Shown: positions 16,182 to 24,153, counted from the stretch's first letter. The stretch is DNA of 32,000 nucleotides from Candidatus Saccharimonadota bacterium (GCA_001790095.1 MGBH01000001.1:150001-182000); one strand, 5' to 3'. Program-made: numbers and translations. Notes: generated by a model from the sequence alone, not told the origin.

Positions 16182-16685
16182 ATGAATACTCATCTGATCT
16201 CCACGGATCAAGGAAAAATTATTCCGTATAAAGATTATGCATCATATAGACAACTTGTTGGGAAGAAGAAAACCGTTTTGGTTGGGGGGTGTTTCGATCT
16301 CTTGCATTATGGACATCTTTATTTTTTACAACAAGCGAAAGAAGAGGGTGACCTACTCATAGTTGCACTCGAGTCTGACGAATTTATAGAAAAAAGAAAA
16401 AATAGGAAACCGGTGCATACTCAGAAGCAGCGTGCAGAAATACTATCTCACATTGACTTGGTTGATGTAGTTTTGCTTCTTCCTTTTTTTAAGACAGATG
16501 CCCAATATTATCAGCTAACCAAAACCGTTAGTCCAGATGTTATTTTGATTACAAAGACACATCCTCATCTTGAGCGTCGGAAAAAGCAAGCTGCCTTAAT
16601 CAAAGCAAAGGTTGTTGAAATTGATTTGTTACATGAATTTTCAAGTTCAAACATAGTACGCTATGCGACTGTTTTTGGCGATTGA
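16182..16685 (+). CDS. Cytidylyltransferase-family nucleotidyltransferase (TagD / RfaE domain II / RibL-like)
   Basis: It has VLVGGCFDLLHYGHLYFL (the HxGH motif) and a C-terminal FSSSNIV (ISSTxIR-like motif). I prefer the ATG at 16182 over the TTG at 16161. Confidence 0.8.
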   Translation: MNTHLISTDQGKIIPYKDYASYRQLVGKKKTVLVGGCFDLLHYGHLYFLQQAKEEGDLLIVALESDEFIEKRKNRKPVHTQKQRAEILSHIDLVDVVLLLPFFKTDAQYYQLTKTVSPDVILITKTHPHLERRKKQAALIKAKVVEIDLLHEFSSSNIVRYATVFGD

Positions 16686-17208
16686 CATACCTCAAACAAT
16701 TAAAACCTCTCTTTCCCAACAGCTAAATGATCTTCAAAAAAAGCATGCAGTTTTTAACTGGGTACAAGAGCAAAATTATCATATGACCTTGCAATTTTTT
16801 GGTGAGACCCAGAAAATTAAGGAAATAATAGACAAGATAAAAATTGCCTTATTTGAACAAGAACAATTTTATCTATATGCAACACACTTAGATTTGTTTA
16901 TGGACAAGCGAATCATTATATATGTGGATTTTAATAGAGAAAAATCTTTAGAACAGCTTATTAAAAACGTAAGAAGTACCTTTGAGGAGGAGTTTTATGA
17001 GACTAAAAAATTTACTCCTCATATAACGGTTTCCCGTAGCTCAATACCATCAAAACAACAGTATTTCCACCTTCAAAAAAAAATAAGGATGAGGAATATT
17101 GAGCTTGAATTTCAAGTAACAGAACTTTCATTATTTGAAAGTATTCAAAATGGAAAAAAATCTCACTATCGAAAGATTAAAACATTTCCCCTATTAGATA
17201 GGATATAA
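16663..17208 (+). CDS. thpR: RNA 2',3'-cyclic phosphodiesterase / 2'-5' RNA ligase family (2H phosphoesterase)
   Basis: It starts MRLFLAIDIP and carries two HxT/S motifs, HMTLQF and HITVSR. It overlaps the upstream gene by 23 nt. Confidence 0.85.
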   Translation: MRLFLAIDIPQTIKTSLSQQLNDLQKKHAVFNWVQEQNYHMTLQFFGETQKIKEIIDKIKIALFEQEQFYLYATHLDLFMDKRIIIYVDFNREKSLEQLIKNVRSTFEEEFYETKKFTPHITVSRSSIPSKQQYFHLQKKIRMRNIELEFQVTELSLFESIQNGKKSHYRKIKTFPLLDRI

Positions 17209-17241
17209 AAAAACCCCTCCAAACAGGAAGGGTTTTTTTAT
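17209..17241. terminator. Bidirectional intrinsic terminator between thpR (+) and the DUF5679 gene (-)
   Basis: An A-tract is followed by the stem CCCCTCC (17214-17220), the loop aaaca, the stem GGAAGGG (17226-17232, one mismatch) and a T7 tract. The reverse complement gives the same hairpin followed by T6. Confidence 0.7.
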
Positions 17242-17252
17242 TTATAAAAAAA

Positions 17253-17396
17253 TTATGCTGCTCCGATCTTATACATACCAGTTCCACAATCTGGGCATTT
17301 TGATTTCATAGCTGGTTTACCATTTTTCATGGTAACTTTTTCAGGATTGGAGACTTCTTTTTTTGCTCTGCATTTTACACAATACATTGTTGTCAT
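17253..17396 (-). CDS. Small zinc-ribbon protein (47 aa), DUF5679-like
   Basis: It falls below the size cutoff of the ORF track. The minus strand reads MTTMYCVKCRAKKEVSNPEKVTMKNGKPAMKSKCPDCGTGMYKIGAA, with two CxxC pairs. It is preceded by the strongest SD in the window (GGGAGGTGA, complement of 17404-17412, 7 nt from the ATG) and followed by the terminator at 17209-17241. Confidence 0.75.
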   Translation of the reverse strand: MTTMYCVKCRAKKEVSNPEKVTMKNGKPAMKSKCPDCGTGMYKIGAA

Positions 17397-17422
17397 ACGT
17401 TTTTCACCTCCCTTCCTATATC

Positions 17423-17704
17423 TTAAAATTTGAGTATCTTACTCAAATCTGTACTCATACTAACAAAATAAATAAATATTTCAAGCGCAATTGTGGCTAG
17501 AATAAGGAGAAGACTTTTTGTCAAATCCTTTTTAAAATAGGTTGAGGTTGATGCATCTTCTTGGAGGAAGACTAATCGAGATGGTCCAGTACGTGATTCT
17601 ACGTTTTTTTCTTTATTCAACTCACCTGTATTTTCTACATGAAATACCCTAGCTTGGTTTCGAAGAGATGAGAGTATTTTTTGTTTTTTTGATTTCTTAG
17701 GCAC
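17423..17704 (-). CDS. Hypothetical small membrane protein (93 aa from the GTG; the track extends it to a TTG at 17734)
   Basis: The basic N-terminus is (M)PKKSKKQKILSSLRNQ... and there is one C-terminal TM helix (SLLLILATIALEIFIYFVSM). A TTACAA-17-TACAAT promoter 8 nt upstream favours the GTG start at 17704. Function is unknown. Confidence 0.45.
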   Translation of the reverse strand: MPKKSKKQKILSSLRNQARVFHVENTGELNKEKNVESRTGPSRLVFLQEDASTSTYFKKDLTKSLLLILATIALEIFIYFVSMSTDLSKILKF

Positions 17705-17712
17705 AATGAGAT

Positions 17713-17741
17713 ATTGTAACCATATTGACACCAATTTGTAA
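17713..17741 (-). promoter_or_regulatory. Sigma-70-like promoter on the minus strand: TTACAA (17741-17736), 17 nt, TACAAT (17718-17713), 8 nt before the GTG at 17704
   Basis: The hexamers and the 17-nt spacer were read directly. It interdigitates with the plus-strand promoter at 17725-17753. Confidence 0.5.
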
Positions 17742-17753
17742 AGAGATTAAAAT
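17725..17753 (+). promoter_or_regulatory. Sigma-70-like promoter TTGACA-17 nt-TAAAAT, 8 nt before the ATG at 17762
   Basis: A consensus -35 at 17725-17730, a 17-nt spacer, and the -10 at 17748-17753. The 8-nt gap (aaattaac) contains no SD. Confidence 0.6.
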
Positions 17754-17761
17754 AAATTAAC

Positions 17762-18208
17762 ATGATTACCAATTTTGTGTTGGCGTTTTTTTTTGGATGG
17801 ATAATGGTTATTACCTTTATCGTTTATAAACTGCGAAACCACTATAATCAATTAACTAGCCGTACAAGAAGAAGAAGTATTGACGAGATACTTGATGCAG
17901 TACTTAAGCAGGGGAAGTCAAACGAGACAAATCAACAGGAGTTGAAAAAAGAGCTGGATAAGGTACAATCACATCTTAAACACAGTTATCAGAAAATGGG
18001 TTTAGTGAGGTTTGATGCGTTTGGTAAATCAGAAGGCGAGCAAAGCTTTGTTTTAGCTTTGCTTAATGAAAACAACGATGGAGTAATTCTGAACTTTATC
18101 TACATACATGATGGAGTTCGTATCTATGCTAAACAAATAAAGGGAGGAAAAGGAGAGAAACATGAGTTGTCTGAGGAGGAAAAACAAGCGGTTGGAAAAG
18201 CAGGTTGA
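17762..18208 (+). CDS. DUF4446-family protein
   Basis: An N-terminal TM helix and a coiled coil are followed by MGLVRFDAFGKSEGEQSFVLALLNENNDGVILNFIY...VRIYAKQIKGG...LSEEEKQAV, which is typical of DUF4446. Confidence 0.7.
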   Translation: MITNFVLAFFFGWIMVITFIVYKLRNHYNQLTSRTRRRSIDEILDAVLKQGKSNETNQQELKKELDKVQSHLKHSYQKMGLVRFDAFGKSEGEQSFVLALLNENNDGVILNFIYIHDGVRIYAKQIKGGKGEKHELSEEEKQAVGKAG

Positions 18209-18243
18209 AAACACTTATTATTAATTTTGAAAAATAAGGTGAT

Positions 18244-19425
18244 ATGATTAACAAAAAGGTAGCGATTATTATTGGTGTTGTTCTTTTTTGCGCGTCTGGT
18301 TTTATTTCATATTCATTCTTCTCCCAAGTAAAGGGAAGCACTTCTTTGAAGTCCAACTACAAAAGCCCCACAGGTGTTCTAGATCCAGAATCAACAGAGC
18401 CAAAGACGGAAGAGTGCCCGATAAATGGAAAAATGTTGACAAAAAAACAGCATGATAAATGGGTGGTAAGGAGACCATTGGGAGTATCAATTGAAAATAG
18501 CACTGATGCACGGCCTCAATCAGGTTTGACAGGTGCCGACGTGATATATGAGGCAGTAGCTGAGGGGGGTATCACTCGTTTTCTAGCAATTTATTATTGT
18601 CAAGATGTTCCTTTTGTTGGACCGGTACGTTCAGCAAGAGTACATTTTATGAAAGTACTTCGTGAATATGGTGAGTATCCTTTATTTGCACATGTAGGAG
18701 GAGCAAATTGTGATGAAGAGACAGGATCGGGCTGTGCAAATGGCGCAAAAGCCGACGCACTTGGCTTGATTAGGACTCTTAAATGGGATAGCTATAATGA
18801 TTTGAATCAATTTGGTGTTCCATTTCCTTATTTCTGGAGAGATTATGAGAGACTACCAAATGTCGCAACGGAGCATACTGTTTATTCTTCAACGGCGAAG
18901 TTGTGGGATTTTGCCAAGACAAAAAGAGAGCTTACTAACGTGGATGAGGATGGGGTAAGTTGGGACAAAAATTTCACTTCTTGGAAATTTCAGGACGATG
19001 CAAAAACACAAGATAGGGGAACTACCAAGAAAATTGAACTAGGTTTTTGGAACGCCTTTGCAAACGCTATGTCAGTGACGTGGAACTATGATATGCAGTC
19101 AAATGCATATAAGCGATCAAATGGTGGTGCGGTGCATGTAGATAAGAATAATAATAAACCAGTCATTGCAAAAAATGTTATCGTCGTTTTTGCAAAAGAA
19201 TCTCCAGCCAATGATGGATATGATGGAGGTCATATTTTGTATCAGCTAACAGGCACAGGTGATGCTCTTATCTTCCAAAACGGTGGAGCAATAAAAGGAA
19301 CATGGAGCAAAGAAGATGAAGAAACACGCATGAAATTTTTTGATGAAAAAGATAAAGAAGTATCTGTAGTAAGGGGTCAAGTATTTGTTGAGATATTACC
19401 GATAGGTAACAAAGTTACATATTAA
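18244..19425 (+). CDS. DUF3048-domain (YerB-like) secreted or membrane-anchored protein
   Basis: It has an N-terminal signal-anchor, then RRPLGVSIENSTDARPQSGLTGADVIYEAVAEGGITRFLAIYY, the hallmark DUF3048 N-terminal block. An SD, AAGGTGAT, precedes the ATG. Confidence 0.8.
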   Translation: MINKKVAIIIGVVLFCASGFISYSFFSQVKGSTSLKSNYKSPTGVLDPESTEPKTEECPINGKMLTKKQHDKWVVRRPLGVSIENSTDARPQSGLTGADVIYEAVAEGGITRFLAIYYCQDVPFVGPVRSARVHFMKVLREYGEYPLFAHVGGANCDEETGSGCANGAKADALGLIRTLKWDSYNDLNQFGVPFPYFWRDYERLPNVATEHTVYSSTAKLWDFAKTKRELTNVDEDGVSWDKNFTSWKFQDDAKTQDRGTTKKIELGFWNAFANAMSVTWNYDMQSNAYKRSNGGAVHVDKNNNKPVIAKNVIVVFAKESPANDGYDGGHILYQLTGTGDALIFQNGGAIKGTWSKEDEETRMKFFDEKDKEVSVVRGQVFVEILPIGNKVTY

Positions 19426-19432
19426 GCTATTT

Positions 19433-20008
19433 ATGCTGCAGTATCTCATTCCCTCAAAAACAAGAAGAAAAATTTTAGAACTTTTTTACCACAAGTATGG
19501 TGAGGTATTTTATTTGAGGAGGATAGTGCGAGAGATTGCAGAGGAAGTAAATGCAGTTAAAAGAGAGCTAGACATTCTTGAAAAAGCAAAAGTATTACAT
19601 AAAGAAAAAAGACTCAACAAGGTTTTTTATTCCTTAAACAAGGGTTTTCTTCTGTATGATGAGTTCTTGCGAATCTTCACTAAAACTAATTCGTTAGCTA
19701 AACTCATCCACAAAAATTTCTCCAAGCTTGGTAAAATCAAGTTTATTACACTTTCAACAAAGTATTCAAAAAAAATAACCATAAAAGAAGATGAAATATA
19801 CTTACTCTTAGTTGGTTTAGTTGTCGTACCGGAGTTGACTCCCATTGTAAGTGAGATAGAAAAGGAATTTGGAAGAGAGATAAACTATACGGTGATGACC
19901 GATGACGAATTCGCATTTAGAAAAAAGAACAACGATCCTTTTATCTGGAGATTCTTAAAACAACCAAAAGTTATGTTGGTAGGTGTTGAGGAGGAGCTAC
20001 TTAAATGA
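19433..20008 (+). CDS. Putative winged-helix (ArsR-like) DNA-binding protein with an uncharacterised C-terminal domain
   Basis: The N-terminal ~75 aa have a wHTH-like pattern (SKTRRKILELF...YLRRIVREIAEEVNAVKRELDILEKAKVLHKEKRLNKVFYSLN). Its stop overlaps the secD start (ATGA at 20005-20008). Confidence 0.45.
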   Translation: MLQYLIPSKTRRKILELFYHKYGEVFYLRRIVREIAEEVNAVKRELDILEKAKVLHKEKRLNKVFYSLNKGFLLYDEFLRIFTKTNSLAKLIHKNFSKLGKIKFITLSTKYSKKITIKEDEIYLLLVGLVVVPELTPIVSEIEKEFGREINYTVMTDDEFAFRKKNNDPFIWRFLKQPKVMLVGVEEELLK

Positions 20009-21384
20009 GAATTAAGACAATCATATATGTGGTGATTTTAGTGGTTTTAGTTTGGATCTGTCTGCCAGAAAATCTCCCAGTTCATTTCCGTGTTCAGAAA
20101 TCAAAGATTAATTTTGTCATCAATCCCCTTTCCGTAAATACAAGCATTTTTGGGATTCCTATTAAAAAAGAATTTAAAACAAAACTAGGATTAGATTTAA
20201 AAGGTGGTAGTCATTTAGTATTTGAAGCTGATACGTCAAAGGTCAATTCAGGCGACCTGCAAGATTCACTTACTTCAGCACGAGACGTAATAGAAAAGAG
20301 AGTAAACTTCTTTGGAGTTTCCGAACCCGTCGTTGCAACGTTAAAGTCAGGAAAAAAGTATAGGATAAGTGTGGATTTACCGGGTATTGAGGATGTATCT
20401 GAGGCGGTTAATCTGATGGGGCAGACAGCTCAACTTCGATTTATGGAAATGGAGGGCGACATTGATCCGAAGGTCGCAACAACAACTCCGCTTATCAATC
20501 TGTTGACCAAAGATACAGGTCTTGGTGGAAAGCATATAAAAAAAGCAAGCGTGACATTTGATCAGCAAAATGGTCAACCACAGGTTGCACTTCAATTTAG
20601 CAAAGAAGGAGCGAAATTATTTGGTGAAGTAACGGGTCGTAATATTAGTAAGCCCGTGGGTATTTTCCTTGATTATTTTCCTCTTTCTGCTCCGACCGTA
20701 CAACAAAAAATCACCGAAGGTAGTGCAGTTATCACAGGTAGTTTTACTCTTGAACAGGCAAAAAGCCTTTCTATTTCCATTAACTCAGGAGCTCTTCCAC
20801 TTCCGATCAAACTGGTTGAACAGCGTAATATTGGACCATCTTTAGGGGCGAGTGAGGTAAAGAAGAGTTTGATTGCGGGCTTTTTTGGCCTTTCGATGGT
20901 TTTGCTCTTTATGATAGGGTATTACGGAAAATTAGGAGTTATTGCCTCAGGAGCACTTATTATCTATGGTCTTATATCTTTTGCTATTTTTCGCACCATT
21001 CCTGTTGTTTTGACTTTGCCGGGTTTGGCGGGATTTATTTTATCAATCGGTATGGCTGTCGATTCAAATATCCTTATTTTTGAGCGCATTAAAGAAGAAA
21101 TGAGAAAGGGAAAAAATTTTGACATTGCGGTAAGGCTTGGCTTTGGAAAAGCGATCGATGCAATAAAAGATGCCAATATCACAACGTTGACAGTCGCTTT
21201 TATCCTATTTAATCCAATGAACTGGGAGTTCTTGCCCCAGTTTGGCATGGTTCGAGGATTTGCCCTAACTTTAGCAATTGGTGTCGGAACAAGTTTATTT
21301 ACCGGTATATTTATCACCAGGCGTTTAATAAATGCTTTTTATAAAGAGAAACAAAAAATGACGAATTTAAATAAATCATTATGA
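20005..21384 (+). CDS. secD: Protein translocase subunit SecD
   Basis: It has an N-terminal TM helix, a periplasmic domain (LGLDLKGGSHLVFEAD...) and a C-terminal 5-TM block (GPSLGASEV...AVDSNILIFERIKEE). Confidence 0.95.
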   Translation: MRIKTIIYVVILVVLVWICLPENLPVHFRVQKSKINFVINPLSVNTSIFGIPIKKEFKTKLGLDLKGGSHLVFEADTSKVNSGDLQDSLTSARDVIEKRVNFFGVSEPVVATLKSGKKYRISVDLPGIEDVSEAVNLMGQTAQLRFMEMEGDIDPKVATTTPLINLLTKDTGLGGKHIKKASVTFDQQNGQPQVALQFSKEGAKLFGEVTGRNISKPVGIFLDYFPLSAPTVQQKITEGSAVITGSFTLEQAKSLSISINSGALPLPIKLVEQRNIGPSLGASEVKKSLIAGFFGLSMVLLFMIGYYGKLGVIASGALIIYGLISFAIFRTIPVVLTLPGLAGFILSIGMAVDSNILIFERIKEEMRKGKNFDIAVRLGFGKAIDAIKDANITTLTVAFILFNPMNWEFLPQFGMVRGFALTLAIGVGTSLFTGIFITRRLINAFYKEKQKMTNLNKSL

Positions 21385-22244
21385 TAAAGTTCCTTAAATA
21401 CACAACTTTATATGTGTTTATTTCATCTATTGTGATTGGATGCGGTATGTACTCAATGATTCGTTATGGATTTCATTATTCCATAGATTTCATAGGTGGG
21501 ACCGACGTTGATTATCAAATAGATAAAAAAGTAACAGTAAAGGATTTGAAACCTATATTTAAGGAACACAAAATAGAGTATTCAAGTCTGAAAATAGAGT
21601 CAAATAAAATAATTGCAAAACTTAAACCCATTGATGAAAAGAAGGAAATAGCATTACGAAAAAGCATACAATCAAAACTCAATTTAAAGGTTACTCCTCT
21701 TCGTTTGGAGACAGTAGGCCCGACCATCGGAAAAGAAACGATGCAAAAGACACTCATCGCATCACTTCTTGCTATTGTGGGTATTCTTATCTACATGAGC
21801 TTTGCCTTTAAAGGATTTTATTATGCAACCGCTGCAATACTTGCTATGATTCATGATTTTCTTGTCGTTGTTGGTATGTACTCCCTTTTCTCTCATTTTT
21901 TCGGTGCGGAAGTAGATACGATGTTTGTTACTGCGGTCTTAACGACCATGTCTTTTTCAGTTCATGATACCATCGTCATCTTTGACAAGATACGGGAATA
22001 CTTACAGGTAGAAGGAAAAGGTGACATAGAATACTATGCTAACCGTGCATTGACCGAGACCATGGTGCGATCCTTGAACAATTCAATGACAATCATCTTC
22101 ATGTTGCTTGCTCTTGTTCTTATGGGAGGTGCAACAATAAAATTTTTTGTTGCCACTTTGTTGGTCGGGACGATCACCGGGACCTATTCATCGCCATTTA
22201 TTGCGACTCCTATCCTCGTTTGGCTTCAGAACAGGAAAAAATGA
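21381..22244 (+). CDS. secF: Protein translocase subunit SecF
   Basis: It shows IDFIGGTDV...VGPTIGKE...FSVHDTIVIFDKIRE. Its start overlaps the secD stop (ATGA). Confidence 0.95.
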   Translation: MIKFLKYTTLYVFISSIVIGCGMYSMIRYGFHYSIDFIGGTDVDYQIDKKVTVKDLKPIFKEHKIEYSSLKIESNKIIAKLKPIDEKKEIALRKSIQSKLNLKVTPLRLETVGPTIGKETMQKTLIASLLAIVGILIYMSFAFKGFYYATAAILAMIHDFLVVVGMYSLFSHFFGAEVDTMFVTAVLTTMSFSVHDTIVIFDKIREYLQVEGKGDIEYYANRALTETMVRSLNNSMTIIFMLLALVLMGGATIKFFVATLLVGTITGTYSSPFIATPILVWLQNRKK

Positions 22245-22250
22245 TATAAT
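22242..22250 (+). promoter_or_regulatory. Extended -10 box TGaTATAAT, 6 nt upstream of the GTG start at 22257
   Basis: The plus strand reads aaaaaTGaTATAATcttttcGTG. The TG is part of the secF stop codon. Confidence 0.55.
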
Positions 22251-22256
22251 CTTTTC

Positions 22257-22871
22257 GTGCAAATAAAACAGTTCTCACTAGGCCAGCTCCAGACAAATTG
22301 TTATATCATCTGTAAGGGTTCAAACTGCATTCTTGTTGATCCGGCCGATGATGCAAGCTTTCTTCTTGAGGAACTATCCAGGCAAAATCTGAATTTGATT
22401 GCCATGTTTGCAACACATGGACATTTTGACCATGTGTTAGCGGTTGGGGAGATCCAGTTAAGTTTGAAAGTGCCCCTTTACATACATACAAAAGACCTAT
22501 TTCTTATTAAAAGATTAAAAGAGACAGCTTCACACTTTCTTATAGAAAATCAACATATCACACCTCCCTCAATAATAAAATTTGTACCGAGCGGCAGCTT
22601 TCGATTAGATGGTTTTAAACTAAAGATTATTGAAACTCCTGGACACACACCAGGTGGCTGCTGTTTTTATTTTCGGGAAGAGCGGGTATTATTTACCGGG
22701 GACACCCTTTTTAAAGGGACAGTTGGAAGAACAGATTTATCATATAGTAACAGGCAAGATCTTGAAGTGTCGTTAAAAAAACTTTTTGTACTACCCGTTG
22801 GAACTACTGTTTATCCTGGACATGGGGAAGAGACGATAATTGGGCAAGAAGAACCTCTCTATCATTTTTAA
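22257..22871 (+). CDS. MBL-fold metallo-hydrolase (glyoxalase II-like)
   Basis: It has ATHGHFDH (the HxHxDH motif), plus TPGHTPG and later GDTLF and PGHG. The GTG start is supported by the upstream -10 box. Confidence 0.85.
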   Translation: MQIKQFSLGQLQTNCYIICKGSNCILVDPADDASFLLEELSRQNLNLIAMFATHGHFDHVLAVGEIQLSLKVPLYIHTKDLFLIKRLKETASHFLIENQHITPPSIIKFVPSGSFRLDGFKLKIIETPGHTPGGCCFYFREERVLFTGDTLFKGTVGRTDLSYSNRQDLEVSLKKLFVLPVGTTVYPGHGEETIIGQEEPLYHF

Positions 22872-24153
22872 TCTTTCCCTCAACCACATCTTCAAATAAT
22901 TTGTCCAAAATATCGCCAATTTGCTTGCTGGGAGGAATGCCAAGCACCTTCATAATATCGTGTCCATCTATTTTCAGATCAGTCACCTTAAATGGTTCCT
23001 TTTGAACCTCCACCACTCTTTTTTTAAATAATTCATATCTCCATGATGTGGGTGTTGCTCCAGATCCAATTCGGTCGCCAGTACGAAGATCAAACATGTC
23101 TTTAAGATATTCTTTTCCTACGTCCCGAATAAATCTTCGGACAGCTTTGTCAGTTACGACCTCAGATACCGTAAACTGATGATACTTAACTAATATGATA
23201 AGTTTTGTTGTCTGATTTTTTGAAAGTTTGAATCGTTTTGCGATCTCTTCAACAAGGTGAGTTCCGGCAACTTCGTGGTTGTGGAAGGTAATAAGGCCGG
23301 TTTCTTTATCCTTCCAAAATGTTTTCGCTTTTCCGATATCATGAAGGAGAGTGGCGAGGCGGGTAATGGGATCCTTTGAAGGACAATGTTTGAGCGCCAT
23401 AATGGAGTGAGTGCCCACATCATAAATATGGTGACGTTTGGGACTTTTTTGTGGTATCGTAAAGCAGACCTCAAGTTCAGGTAGAATATGTTTTAAGAGT
23501 CCGGTATTGTGAAGAAATAAGATTCCATCAGACGGATGGTCACTTTCAATAATCTTAAGAAATTCATCCCTGATCCTTTCCCAGGATATATGCGTAATAA
23601 GGAGAGAGTTTTTAGTCAACGATGCACGGGTTTTGTCTTCAATAAGAAAACCAAGCTGTGAGGCAAATCGTATGGCGCGGATAAGTCTCAGAGCATCTTC
23701 CTTAAATCGGTGGTCAGGATCTCCAACAGCTACAATAATCTCTTTTTTGAGGTGTCCTTGACCATCAAACGGATCGACTATCTTTTTTCCGTCGTAGGCT
23801 ATGGAGTTGATGGTAAAATCGCGTCTGGATAGATCTTCTTCTATAGTCTTTGCCCATTCTATCTTTTCCGGATGACGATTGTCTTTATAATTAGATTCTT
23901 TTCTGAAGGGAGTTATCTCAAAAATGGTTTGGTGTAAGGAAGGAATACTTACCGTTCCATACGTGTTATTATAATAGGCGTCTTTAAACATTTTTAGTAT
24001 TTGATCGGGGGTTGCGTTTGTGGTAAAGTCCCAGTTATTGGTATTTCTTTCAAGTAAAAGATTGCGAACAGCTCCCCCGACCAGATAAATCAAAAACCCA
24101 CCTTTTTTAAAGGTTTCCATAAATCGCTTTATCTGGATAGGTAGCTTTATCAT
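22804..24153 (-). CDS. cca: Class II tRNA nucleotidyltransferase (CCA-adding enzyme family) with an HD domain. Motif A is atypical.
   Basis: It shows VGGAVRN, RRDFTINSIAY (motif B), GDPDHRFKEDALRLIRAIRFA (motif D) and HD-domain residues (HHIYDVGTH, LLHDIGK, HNHEVAG). Where DxD is expected, the sequence reads NNWDFTT. Confidence 0.85.
   Translation of the reverse strand: MIKLPIQIKRFMETFKKGGFLIYLVGGAVRNLLLERNTNNWDFTTNATPDQILKMFKDAYYNNTYGTVSIPSLHQTIFEITPFRKESNYKDNRHPEKIEWAKTIEEDLSRRDFTINSIAYDGKKIVDPFDGQGHLKKEIIVAVGDPDHRFKEDALRLIRAIRFASQLGFLIEDKTRASLTKNSLLITHISWERIRDEFLKIIESDHPSDGILFLHNTGLLKHILPELEVCFTIPQKSPKRHHIYDVGTHSIMALKHCPSKDPITRLATLLHDIGKAKTFWKDKETGLITFHNHEVAGTHLVEEIAKRFKLSKNQTTKLIILVKYHQFTVSEVVTDKAVRRFIRDVGKEYLKDMFDLRTGDRIGSGATPTSWRYELFKKRVVEVQKEPFKVTDLKIDGHDIMKVLGIPPSKQIGDILDKLFEDVVEGKIKNDREVLLAQLSSLPHVQDKQ

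Noticed and set aside
17428-17448. Perfect 9-bp inverted repeat ATTTGAGTA-tct-TACTCAAAT as a terminator or attenuator between the small membrane-protein gene and the zinc-ribbon gene
   Set aside because: The stem is almost entirely A-T (2 G-C pairs) and lies within the last codons of the upstream ORF. It is followed by only a TTTT run on the minus strand. That is too weak to call, though it could modestly reduce read-through.
21381-21384. Possibility of an alternative genetic code (UGA recoded, as in some candidate phyla)
   Set aside because: TGA terminates secD (ATGA overlap with secF) and secF at positions that give normal-length proteins. All recognised genes are intact under the standard code.
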